This document shows, in pieces, positions 23,220 to 34,100 of a DNA stretch of 64,000 nucleotides. How positions within the stretch are numbered: position 1 is the stretch's first letter; every line of letters begins with the position of its first letter. The stretch comes from Caecitellus pseudoparvulus. Taxonomy: Eukaryota; Protista; Bigyra: Bicosoecida. The position numbers were made by a program, and so were the translations under genes. The stretch spans positions 682,001 through 746,000 of the forward strand of contig CBFFRQ010000067.1 of assembly GCA_965644315.1 (NCBI GenBank), written 5' to 3'. The notes beneath the pieces are model-generated. The model saw only the letters and a program-made list of their open reading frames with translations, was not told where the DNA came from and did not search any database.

Positions 23220-26200
23220 CTACTGTTCGCTGGACTCCAAGCTGTCCGTGCGACCAGGCTGTGGCTCATCCAAACTCAGCAGCCCTGACGAGCCGAGCGT
23301 CGCCTCCAAGTCGTCAGCTCCCAGCGAGTCTGACAGCGGCCGGCTGGCTGGTCGCTTGGACACCACCGCCCGAGAGCGCGTGCTGGGCCGCCTGGCCACC
23401 AAGGCCTCTTTGGCAGCCTGCTTGCTGGCCAGGGGCGAGGGGGTGGAGGGTGCCGACGCGCCCTCCACTGCGCAACAAGTGCAGCGCGCCATGGCAGCGT
23501 TGACATTGTCCAGGACTCTTTGAGCGGCGGCTGGGCCCAGGACCACCCGGGTGAGGTCAAAGCCGATATTGCATGCGAAGACAGCGGACATGCCCACCAC
23601 TAGTACCATGAGGAGGTTGGTGGTGTTGGACTCACGCGCTGCGCGCTCAGCTGCCTCCGCGCCTTCTCGACCAGTGCTCACTTCGAAGTTGGTGTCGGCT
23701 GCTGCGGAGGTGGCAGTGTAGTGCAGCGCCATAACGCAGCACAAGTGCACCATGGAGGCGGAGGTGGCTAGGAGGTTGGACCGACGGGAGGCGTACGGCC
23801 ACACCATGACTGTGATGAGGGTGTGCAGGAGCAGGACGCAGCAAATGCTCAGCACTTGCTCGTTGGGGTGGGACAGCGTGGCACCCACCAGGGCCACCCA
23901 CAGCACCCGGGCGTGCTCCACGACACTCCACCAGTACCTGCCATTCGAGTGCACGATCCAGGCTGTGAGGGGGTTGGACACGCTGTCTTGCTCCAGCACG
24001 TCTCCGCGCTCGTCCCGGGGCACCGGCGGCAGGACAACATCCGTCCCGCCGCGCTGCAGCTTCAACGCCGCGGCCATGAGCGCCCCCTGGCTGGGAGCGG
24101 AGGGCCCCCGCACCACCTGCTCTGCATGCAGGCCGGCCGTGCTGAGCGACACCACAGCGTCAGCGAGCCCCCTCATCCAGGGGTCCACACCCTCCTGGTT
24201 GCCGTCACTGGAAGGCTTGCTGGTCGCGGCAGGCGAGGCGGGGCGTCGAGGGCGACAGAGCCAGGTGAGGGAGGGGTGCAGGGAGGAGGGGGAAGTGGCC
24301 ACCAGCCCCCCCCAAACCATGCACAACGGCCAGGCGATGAGGAAGGTGACGCCAAACAGCACCGCCACCACCATGGCCCCCGCGTACCGATCGCTAGACG
24401 TGCTCTGCGTCACATCTGAGCGCAGCAGGTGCTCGCCACGCACTGACGTGTGCAGGGTGTCGAAGGTCGCAAACACCGACCGCGCGAGCGTGCTGTAGGC
24501 GAGGCAGAGGGAGCAGCCCACGACAGAAGCCAGGCCCAGCACGAGGCTGCTGCGCCAGTCGTACAGGCTGACCCACGGCCCCTGCTCCGAGGGGCGGGGT
24601 GGCGGCAGCCCTGCCCCGTCCACGTCACTCGGTGTCGGGTCCTCCTCCACGCCATCCTGCTGCACAGGGCGGCGCTGGCGACTGGCTCGGGCGACAGGCG
24701 GAGCGCTGGCGGGAGGAGGGCGTAGCGCACGGTGGATGGCCCCGGTGACCGTCGCGAACAGACTGGGCAGGAAGATGCACCAGAACACCGACCAAAACAT
24801 GGACGAGATGACGTCACCGCCAGCGGAGCGAGTGGGCCCATAGGCACACACCCAATTCAGCAGGTCCAGTCCAAACACGTCTCCCCACCCGCCCACTGCC
24901 TCAAACACTCGTCCAATGCCAGGGGCCACCGCCAGCTCCAGTGCGCCTGACAGCATGGAGAATAGCTGCGCCCACTGCCAGAACAGGCGAATGTGTGTTC
25001 CAAACTCGTCAACTGCGCTGAAATGTGCATAGGCGTACAGGTCTTGGTCCTTCGAGGGGGGACTCTCTTGGCCTGGGCAGGTGGCCATGACAGCCGGCGA
25101 AGGACGAGGGCGACACGCGACCCGCCCACAGCAACCCTGCCCCCGCAGCGCCACCACACCCTGGAACGAGCGGCAGCCCCGTGACCAGCACGCTCCTGGC
25201 TGCTGCTCATGCTGCAAGGCAGGGTGGTGCGTGCCCCACGTCAAGCTGCGGGGGGCGGGCATGCCTTGCTTGGCCTGGGCCGGCACTCGCATGAGGTGCA
25301 GTGCCAGCACTGGCACCAGGATGGACACGAGAAGAATGGACAAGGACGCGAGCGAAGCACCAGCTGGGCTCCAACAGGTGACACACGAACCAAACACGCG
25401 CAACCAGCCAGCGTCACAGGCAAAGCAGAGGGCTCCCGTATGTCCTGTTGCACACTCCACCACTGACTGACCTGCAGGTGCTGCTGCGGAGAGAGAGATG
25501 TTCGCCGCCACCGACTGGCACGCGTCGAAGTTGATGCAGGGGTAGATGGGGGTGGAGGTGGTGATGTCATCGAAACCCACGTCGTTCGTGAGCCACCAGC
25601 CATCACGCAGTGACAGCAGGCCACCTGAACACGCCGCGCCTCGTGGGGGGCACTGCATGCACTCGCTGGCGCCAACGTGGGAGAACGTGTTGCCACGGCA
25701 TGGCTGGCAGCTCTGCGCCAGCAGCGCAGCGGAAGCGGTCGTGCTGAGGTCATTGGGCGGCAGGGTGCCATTGCCCTGCCCTGCAGGCACCTGCGCTAGT
25801 CCAGCACCTGCTGCCGCACCCTCCAATGCCGCTGCCGCCGCCACGTCCGTGCGAAACTGCCCCCGCTGGCAGGGTCTACAGGGCTTCAGTGTATCCAGCA
25901 AGTCAGCGATGGTGATGCCCCCCACTACAGGGATAGTGCCAGGCGCCTCCAGCCCTGGCTTGCACCTGCAGCTGAGCGCATCAGATTCCAGGACTTGGGT
26001 TGCAGCGTGGCAGGAGGCGGGCATTATCTCCACCAGCCGATCCCGCGCGCCACCCACGATGCTGATGCCGCCATACGTCACCTCCAGGCTCAGCTGCCCC
26101 AACACATGCGCCTGGGATGCCTGGATGCGCACCGTTCGCGTCGCGGACCCGTGAGGTGTGACGAACCGCCAAGCTGAGGCAGGCAGGCGCACCCAGGGGG

Positions 26201-27716
26201 CAGCGGGGTGCACGCGTGCAAACACAGCCACACGAAGGGGGTCCAGCTGTCGCAGAGTGGGCTCGCCATATGCATCTCGAAGGAAGATGTCAGCGTACAC
26301 TTCGCCGTTTGCGGGGACGGAGGCAACTTGGCCAGGGGACAGGTCGGCGCCGGTGTTCGCGGCACCCGTCAGGCCACCCTGGCGCAGGGTGAGCGTGGAT
26401 GTGGCGGGGAAGGGCACACCGATGTCCAGGGTCACCGACACAGTCACAGTGCCGCGGTCCACCTCGGCGGGGTCGGCATCAGTGCACAGGTTGCCTGCCG
26501 TGGAGTTGTCCAGCGGGCAGTTGATGACTCCGAACTCTGCGACGTACTCTCCCGCACCTGCGGGGAAATTCACCTTGCCAGCGTCCACGCTGACTGCCAG
26601 CGTCAGTTGGATAGGCGTGGCCTGGGTGGGCAGTGCCTCCGGTGCGTTCAGCACACGCAGCCAGCTTGGCGTGGTGGCGTTGTCGATTTCCAGGCGCTGC
26701 TGGCGCTCAGAGGCGAGGCTGAAGACGAAGACCGACGAGGAGTACTCAGACAGTGGGAAGAGGCGTGTGCTGACGATGGTTGGGCACACCCACAAATTGG
26801 CCACGCGCACACGCCACTCGACGGGGTCGGGAGTGTGCAGCGGATCTGACGTCGTCACAACCACGGAGGACGTGTACAGCCCCTTCGTCAAGTTGCCAGT
26901 GTCCGCAAACAAGTGCAGAGGGTGAGATGACATGGGTGGAACAGTGCCGTTAACGGGCGATCCCTGCTGCACTCCCCAAGCTGGCTGCAACGCAGCGGGC
27001 ACGGCTGGGTCAGGCACCACCTCAGCAGACCAGTCCAGCGGCGCAGTGCCGTCGTTCATGATGTCCATGGTGATGTTGACACGCCCCCCTGGCAAGGCCA
27101 TCTGGTCAATGGCATCGGAAGGCACGAGGACGGCGGCTGGAGCCACGACCTGCACGGAAATGGGCAGGAAAGCTTGCACTTGCCAGTCGTCCATGTCAAA
27201 GACGGACACTTGCCAGTCCCACGTCCCAGGCTCCAGCTCCCCCGTGGAGATGCGCACAGCGAAGCCCCCAGCACTGTCCAGTACCTCCATGCCCAGGCGC
27301 TGCGTAGCGCCCAGTGTCCACCTCCGGCCCTCTTCAGCTTGGACCTGCACGACCAGCGTTTCATTCCGCGGGTACGCCACAACCAGGTTCGCGGTGGGGG
27401 GCTGCAGGCAGATTGGGGAGCCGCAAGAAGTGGACAAGATTCGATCCACTCCGCCCTCTGCATCAGTCTCTGCCTCTGCGATGCCGCTTGGCGCAAGATT
27501 TCCAGCAGCTCTTTGGTGCAGTGCACTTGCTCTCCTCTCCAGCGCAGAGCCTGCAGTATGCGAAGGACAAGCGGTGTCACAGGGAAACGAGGGCATAAGG
27601 GACTGGCCATGCATGAAACACGACGTACCCGACGCACTGCATGCTCGCAGCGAGGCAGCTAGTGCTGCCAGCGCCGCAAGCAGCGGCAAGGTGAGCCGCC
27701 GCAGCCGCCGCCCCAT
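23220..27716 (-). CDS. Large surface protein (1498 aa): signal peptide, Ig-like (BACON/ASH-like and filamin-like) domains, Cys-rich repeats, ~9-TM domain
   Basis: Signal 'LPLLAALAALAASLRACSA'; 'NDGTAPLDW..PVNGTVPP..GLYTSSVVVTTSDP'; 'LRDAYGEP..LEVTYGG..IVGG'; CxxC repeats ending 'CATGHTGALCFACDAGW'; TM region with 'YWWSVVEHARVL..WPYASRRSN'. Confidence 0.85.
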   Translation of the reverse strand: MGRRLRRLTLPLLAALAALAASLRACSASGTSCFMHGQSLMPSFPCDTACPSHTAGSALERRASALHQRAAGNLAPSGIAEAETDAEGGVDRILSTSCGSPICLQPPTANLVVAYPRNETLVVQVQAEEGRRWTLGATQRLGMEVLDSAGGFAVRISTGELEPGTWDWQVSVFDMDDWQVQAFLPISVQVVAPAAVLVPSDAIDQMALPGGRVNITMDIMNDGTAPLDWSAEVVPDPAVPAALQPAWGVQQGSPVNGTVPPMSSHPLHLFADTGNLTKGLYTSSVVVTTSDPLHTPDPVEWRVRVANLWVCPTIVSTRLFPLSEYSSSVFVFSLASERQQRLEIDNATTPSWLRVLNAPEALPTQATPIQLTLAVSVDAGKVNFPAGAGEYVAEFGVINCPLDNSTAGNLCTDADPAEVDRGTVTVSVTLDIGVPFPATSTLTLRQGGLTGAANTGADLSPGQVASVPANGEVYADIFLRDAYGEPTLRQLDPLRVAVFARVHPAAPWVRLPASAWRFVTPHGSATRTVRIQASQAHVLGQLSLEVTYGGISIVGGARDRLVEIMPASCHAATQVLESDALSCRCKPGLEAPGTIPVVGGITIADLLDTLKPCRPCQRGQFRTDVAAAAALEGAAAGAGLAQVPAGQGNGTLPPNDLSTTASAALLAQSCQPCRGNTFSHVGASECMQCPPRGAACSGGLLSLRDGWWLTNDVGFDDITTSTPIYPCINFDACQSVAANISLSAAAPAGQSVVECATGHTGALCFACDAGWLRVFGSCVTCWSPAGASLASLSILLVSILVPVLALHLMRVPAQAKQGMPAPRSLTWGTHHPALQHEQQPGACWSRGCRSFQGVVALRGQGCCGRVACRPRPSPAVMATCPGQESPPSKDQDLYAYAHFSAVDEFGTHIRLFWQWAQLFSMLSGALELAVAPGIGRVFEAVGGWGDVFGLDLLNWVCAYGPTRSAGGDVISSMFWSVFWCIFLPSLFATVTGAIHRALRPPPASAPPVARASRQRRPVQQDGVEEDPTPSDVDGAGLPPPRPSEQGPWVSLYDWRSSLVLGLASVVGCSLCLAYSTLARSVFATFDTLHTSVRGEHLLRSDVTQSTSSDRYAGAMVVAVLFGVTFLIAWPLCMVWGGLVATSPSSLHPSLTWLCRPRRPASPAATSKPSSDGNQEGVDPWMRGLADAVVSLSTAGLHAEQVVRGPSAPSQGALMAAALKLQRGGTDVVLPPVPRDERGDVLEQDSVSNPLTAWIVHSNGRYWWSVVEHARVLWVALVGATLSHPNEQVLSICCVLLLHTLITVMVWPYASRRSNLLATSASMVHLCCVMALHYTATSAAADTNFEVSTGREGAEAAERAARESNTTNLLMVLVVGMSAVFACNIGFDLTRVVLGPAAAQRVLDNVNAAMARCTCCAVEGASAPSTPSPLASKQAAKEALVARRPSTRSRAVVSKRPASRPLSDSLGADDLEATLGSSGLLSLDEPQPGRTDSLESSEQ

Positions 27717-28347
27717 GGCACGTTGTCCCTTGCCAGACAGGGCAGTGAGTCAAGGTAAGAGTCGGAGCAGGGTGCAAGCCAACTGGCTGGCATGCAGTGG
27801 TGCTTGCCAGCCGTGCACTTGCTCCAACGGTGGCGGCGAGGCAGTGGGTCCACCCCTCGCACTTGGGAGAGCGCGTGGCAGGCACTTGGAGCCCAATTTT
27901 TTCTGTTTTGGGGCTGAGCAGACCGCCCCTGTCTGCGTGAGGGCGCGTGTGAGGTGAGAAATTGTTCACTTCAGCATGCGAACCGCGTCACGTTGGTTTG
28001 TGAGAATTCGGAGGAGCTTTGCAGGCATGTGTGCAGGCCTGACCCTCACTGTGTGCTCGTGACCCCCCCTCAGGGTACACCTGAGCCCCCCTCCACACGC
28101 CTCACAACGGCGTGTAACTTTCACGCCACACGCACGTGGCGCGAAGTGCCCTGACGCACGCCTTTGTGGCAAGCAGCCGACCCCAACTCCCCAAAAACAA
28201 CCACTATGTAAGCGACTCAGCCACCTCAAGTGACCTCTCTCTCGCTCTGCTGGCTGGAATTTCCGGTTTGCTGTCGTGGTGACGGCCTCAGGCGGTGTCG
28301 CTCGCCACCTTCTGACGCTGCACGCCGGCCACTCTTTCGTCGACACC

Positions 28348-29774
28348 ATGGCGTGCATGCCCCCTGTAGACGCTGTGCCCGCTGCATCGTTTCACAGAGC
28401 GCTTCTTGTGCGTACTCACACGGCGCAGCTGCCCGCATGTGGGCTGTAGCGCACGCCAACCCCCCCTCTGCGTTCAGCTGGCCCGGGGTTGGGACGCCTC
28501 GCCTTTCCCAGCGCTGCAAGCAGCTCAAGGCCTGCCACCCGTTTCGGCGGAGCGCCAGGCTGGCTACACGCTGCAGCTGATTAGAGACGTCTCCGGAGAT
28601 AACACTCAGGCTGTTGGGCGTGCGCTCTCTGCTGGCGTGCGCGCGGACACGGCGAACAAGTTCGGACAAACAGTGCGTGGTCGTGTCAGGCTGTGACGTA
28701 TGCACTCTCACCTTTGCCATGCCGAAGCGTGCCCCCCATGCTGTCTGGGTGCACGGCAACGCCATGCAAGATGATTGGTGTTTGTGCCCCCGACTGCTGC
28801 ACACGCGCCTCTGGCCTCCACGAGGTGTAGGCCGCTGCAGATGCGCCCAGTGAAGCTCTTGCGGTAATTGGTTCGGGCCCACGCTCCGCAGTCAACTTTA
28901 GCTCCGCTCTGCCCAGTCCCGAAGCACGCTTACCCTTCCCCCCTATATCCCACAGTTACTGCATCATGCGTGCCGGCATGGCGCCTTGGAGGTAGCCCGT
29001 CTGCTGCTCAGTCGGGGCGCCGACGTCAGCGCAGCTGACGATGGAGGCAAAACTGCCCTGCATGACGCTGCTTGGTCTGCTGCACCCAACATGGAACTTG
29101 CGGAGCTGCTGCTGGACACAAACGAGAGTCTACTTCGCGCCCAAGACAAGTTGCAGGCGGTGCCGCTGGACTATGCGCACCCCTCCACCTGGAAGGCTTG
29201 GGCTGTGTTTCTCACACGCCACGCCGGGAAGTGGTGGCCGCTGCTGCGCAGCCCAAAGGCAGATGCATCGGACACTGCCCAAGTGGCGCTGAAACCACCT
29301 GAAGTCGCCGCTGCCTCTCCCTGTGCTGTCAACGGCGGGGCGGCGCGGTCAACTGCGCCGTCAGCTGCTCTGCAACGCTCAGCTTCAATTCCAGCTGCCG
29401 CTGCAGCTGCCTCAGGCGACCCCACAGCCAGCACAGCAGCCAAGCGTGCCCGCCATGGGGGAACACTGAGTCCTGCCACGCGTCATGCCGGTGGCTTTCA
29501 CCTCTCGCTAACAGGCAGCGGACATGAGGCCGGCACAGCGGACATTTTTGCGCACGAGCATCAGCCACACATCAGTGGCTTGCCGCCAGCACCGGCGCTG
29601 AAGCTGGACAAGCTTCCCCCTCCAGGTCAAGTTCAGCTACTGGGAGAGATCGACGACAGCGATGACGAGGATGTGCAGCTGGGGGGTGGTGGGATTGGGC
29701 GAGCTGGCGCGTGTGATTCCTTGTCAGTGCTTAGCAGCGCGCCGAACCCCGCAAGCTCCAGCGGCATGTGGTGA
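28348..29774 (+). CDS. Ankyrin-repeat protein with low-complexity C-terminal half; exons 28348-28407, 28478-28672, 28956-29774
   Basis: Spliced 'TANKFGQT|LLHHACRHGALEVARLLLSRGADVSAADDGGKTALHDAAW..PLDYA..WKAWAVFL'; both GTGCGT..CAG introns are in phase. Confidence 0.8.
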
Positions 29775-30078
29775 AGGCGCTTAGGCACGAAGCCCCCTCT
29801 GTAAATATAGCATTCTCAGGATAGATTCACCGGCTGGCACTGCCCTCGAGCTCTGCATTGTGCCGGCCCTGCGTGGGCCGTGCGGCATCTCGGCTTTTTG
29901 CTCGGCCGGCCACGAACAAATCCCGCCTCCAGAACCTGCACAGTGAAACACCTCCTCCCCCCGTCCCCCGTCGGAGGGCAAGCGTCTTGCATCTCCGTTT
30001 GGCATGGCAGCAAGGACCAGCCAGGCTGTGCGTAGGATGCATAGCTCGGCATCCACAGCTCTGCGTCGACACCGAATC

Positions 30079-31092
30079 ATGAGTATTGCGTGCACCGAGG
30101 AGGACATTGGCGTCTATGAGAGCTGCAGCTGGGAAGAAGGTTCGGAAGATCAGGAGGGTACAGGGATTCGTGCCCGTTTCCGCCGCCCACAGCCTTCTGC
30201 TTCGGCAGGCGTGGCTGCGGAAATTGCGAGCCAAATCGTAGGCGTGGTGCAGCAAGCGGCAGACACTGACGACAGTGTCGCAACACTGCCCATTATGTAC
30301 GACTACTCTTCTAGAGGGGGGCACATGGAGGCTCGATGTGGGCAGCAGGCCCCTTCTGCGTTGCAGGAGCTGCAAGCTGCCGTGTGGGACGCGCTCGCGG
30401 CTGCTGGCTTCCCCGCGCACTTTCACAGCAGCCGCCGGGCCTTCAGCGACAGCCTCGGCCTGCCCCTGCGTCTGGAGATGGACACACTGCAGGAGAGGGA
30501 GTCTGTCGTGCGGAAGTGGCTGTCCTGGGCACAACCTTCCTGGGCGGCAGGCGCGAACTTTGCAGTCGCAGACGCTGCTTGGGCTTGCAGAGATCTGCAC
30601 ACCGACCTGCTGTACTGGGCGGGTGTCATGGCCAGCCCAGGGACGCGAAGCTACTACCCTGGCGTACTGGTGGACAACTACGGGTACATGGGCGTGGATT
30701 TCTCCGTTGACCTGGCCTGGGCCGCGCACCTCACCAGTGACGCTGAGTGGCGCAGCGCAGTGCTGGCGGCTGTACGAGGTGCCGCCGCCTCTGCGCCTGC
30801 TCCCCCCATGGCGACAGTGGAGGCCCGCACTCCACCATTCACTAAGCAAGCACTCGACCAAGACGCCGACGGCGCCTCCCTGGCGGCAGCCGTGGCTGGC
30901 GTGGTGCACGACGCACCAGCCCCATTCACAGCTGACGCGGACAGCAACTGTGACGCGGCAGCCTGTCTCAGCTTGGCCCTGCGCATGGAGCAGCACCTGA
31001 CGCCTCACTTTGTGGCCACATTTGCCGAGTCAGACCAAGTCGCGGCCGACATCCGCAGTCGATGCACTGACCCGGCGTTCGCTGAGACCTGA
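30079..31092 (+). CDS. Hypothetical protein (~340 aa)
   Basis: Long ORF with coding-like composition, convergent on the WD40 gene (54-nt gap); start uncertain; no family recognised. Confidence 0.6.
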   Translation: MSIACTEEDIGVYESCSWEEGSEDQEGTGIRARFRRPQPSASAGVAAEIASQIVGVVQQAADTDDSVATLPIMYDYSSRGGHMEARCGQQAPSALQELQAAVWDALAAAGFPAHFHSSRRAFSDSLGLPLRLEMDTLQERESVVRKWLSWAQPSWAAGANFAVADAAWACRDLHTDLLYWAGVMASPGTRSYYPGVLVDNYGYMGVDFSVDLAWAAHLTSDAEWRSAVLAAVRGAAASAPAPPMATVEARTPPFTKQALDQDADGASLAAAVAGVVHDAPAPFTADADSNCDAAACLSLALRMEQHLTPHFVATFAESDQVAADIRSRCTDPAFAET

Positions 31093-31146
31093 GCGGCGCC
31101 TCAGCCCAACTCACACACTGCATTGTTCCTCACCGCGGCGGGCGGC

Positions 31147-34100
31147 TCACGTGGCGTCTGACACAGCCTGCACAATGCGCTGCAGCTCTGCACACGTGTT
31201 GTCCAACTCAGGGTCAGCCGGCACACTCACCATCCCCCCAGCGATGACCTTGGCCATGCGGCGCAAGGAAGCATGCGTGCTGCCGTCGCCCAGCTCGGGC
31301 AGCCATAGCCCCAGCGTAGGCCAGCCCACAGAAACGGCCGCCCGCACCAATGCACCCGCCTTCTGTGCCTCTTGGCTCAGGCCCACCTCGCCTTCGCCTT
31401 GCGCCTCCACCTCGACAGCTGACCCGTCGCCGCGACCAGCGCCGCCGACGAACGACGACGCGCCAACCGCAGGCAGCTTGGGCAGGCTGTCGTCGGACGA
31501 GCCAGCAGCTGCGACGCCGGTGGGGGGCAGCGGGCCTGTGCGCGCGACGTCAGCAGCTGTCCACCAGAGCAGGCTGCCATCGCCCGTGCCGGCGACGACG
31601 CCACCGGACACTGTCGTGCCAAGTGAAACCAAGTCACAGCCGCCTGCAGCCAGGAGGGAGGTGTGCCCCAGAGTGTCCCAGGCACATACCGTGCCAGAAG
31701 CGCCCGCCCCGATGACCGTGCCGTCTCGCAGCGCGACCAGGCAGGTGGCAAAGCCCCAGGAGCCCGGTGCTCGCCGCAGCGGCACAGCCGCGTCCAAATC
31801 CCACACGGCAAGCCGTCCGTCAGCTGTGGCGACAGCCACGTCGCTGATGCTGCCCACTGCCGCCATGGCAGTGATAGGGCTCGTGAACAGTGGGCGACCG
31901 CCTCCTGCGTCGGTGGCATTGCCTTGCGATGTCCCCGCAGCGGCCAGCACTTTCAGGAAACCCTTGCCGTCCACTGTGCCTGCAATGGCCACCGCCAGCC
32001 CCCCTCGAATGGGAGCCAGGGCTGCCACACGCCCCGGGCACGTGGTGGTGCACAGTTCCTGCCCTGTTCCCCGCTGGATGTCCCACACCGTCACTGTGCA
32101 GTTATGGGCAGTGGCGATGAGGTGCCCGTTCAGCACCGCCAGCGTGGACGGTGCAGCCGGCATGGCGATTTGCAAGTCCAGACTCAAGTCAGCCGTCAAC
32201 AGCGACAACCCATTGGGCGTGCCCAGAACACAACGCCCGTCAGGAAGACGACCCATGGGGCAGCCCTTGCTCGAGGTCAGCCCTGGCACGCGCAGTGCGC
32301 ACTGGCCCCGCACTGGGTCCACCCCGACGCCGTCGCCGCTGGCGCTTGCAGTGACAGCCAGGAGGCAGGAATCGTCGCCGGCGCCACACACCGCCACGAA
32401 GTCGGCAGGCAGGCCGCCCGACCATTTCGGCGGCGGGGCTCGGGTCAGCGCCGTGCTCAGCACTGCGACGCTGCCGTCACCCAGCCCCGCGCAAAGCGTG
32501 CCTGTCGCCAGCTCCAGCACAGCAACGCACTGCGCACTGGGACAAGGCAACACTGCCGTCAGGTCCAGCTTCTGCCTGCCCACTCTCCACACCCGCATGT
32601 CTCCCGCAGCGGGGTGCAGGGTGCAGAGTGAGTCACCTCCCAGCCACACTGTGGCGGCGCACTGCTGCTCTGTCTCCACACTCTCCAGGCAGCAGGGCGT
32701 GCTGCCGCCCAGCAGGGACAGCGTGCCGTCTCGCTGGGCCACCACCACCCCATGCTGTGTCGGCACAGCCCCCGCAACAGACCCGCTGCCGCGCAGCAGA
32801 GAAGCAGGCCACGCGCACCCTCCGCTGCCTGCGCCGTCGACCCACTGAGCCACGGAGCCATCAGCGTGGACCAGGATGCAGCCACCCTGCCCAGACGTGA
32901 TGGCAGACACTGCACTGGTAGTGGTGGCTGGGTGGCTCTGCAGGACTGACCCGGGACTCTGTCCGCCTCCCTCCACCAACATGGCACGGCCGTCATCAAG
33001 CCCAAGAATGAGGGATCCAGGGCGCCACCCAGCAGCCAGGCAGGATATGCTGCTGTCCCCCGTGCTAACAGGCGTGCCTCCTCGGCCCGGCAGGCTGTCT
33101 TCCTCGAGCGGATTGAGGAAGTGCAGGGCTGAGGTGGTGGCCACGGCCAGCACGGGGCCAGGCAGCATGGCCACGCCACGAATGGCCCCCAAGCCAGTGA
33201 CGGTCGCGATGACCGCGCCCAGCTCCACACTCCACACGTGCACGCGGTCCACACCAAGCAGGGCAGCACACAGTCCCTCCCCTGCAGCGACGGCGGTGGG
33301 GGGACTGGAGGCCGCACTCTCCGCTGCCAGGTGGCGGCAGTGCACGTCCACCAGCTCAGGCACAATGTGCAGGCCCTGTGTCGTGACCAGAAGTGTCTGT
33401 TCTTGCTGCAGGGCCAGCAGCGCCACAGGCGAGCCCGGCAGGGTGCACACCCCCACCAGTTGTCCGCTGCTGCCGCTCCACATGCTCAGGCGACCGTCAG
33501 ACGACACGCCTGCCAAGTCACCCCACGGCAGCTGCAGGAAGGCCACCAGGGGCGAGGTGTTGCCTGCCCTGTGCAGACTGTGCACAGTGTCCCCACTCTG
33601 CACGTCCAGCATGCGGGCACTGCCGTCGGCGAACCCTGCAATGACGTGCCCAGTGTCCAAGCCCAGCAGGCAACTGACACCCTCGCCGACGGCCTGTCCC
33701 ACGAGCTTCTCACGCTTGCCAGTCATGGTGTCCCAAATGCCCAGGCTCCCACGCCCAGCATGGCCCAGGACCAGCTGCCCCGTCTGTGTCACAGTCGCCT
33801 GCACAGGCCCCGGCGCTCGGGTTGGGTACGACAACTTCAACGCAGACACTGGCAGCCCGACGATGCCAAGCACGGTCTCTGCCGTTCCTGCCGCGTCACC
33901 GGCTGCGACTGAAGCTGGCGCACTTGGCGTGGGAGCTGGGACCCTTGCCGGCTCAAGGTCGCTTGCACCAGCTTTCCAGCCCTTGTACCCAGACTCGGGC
34001 CAGTCCACTTCGATGCAGTCAGGGTGCTTTATGCCTTTGACCACGCCAAGCTCTCTCGTTCCAGATCTCAGACTGCCCCACCCGAATTTGGGGCTGGTCA

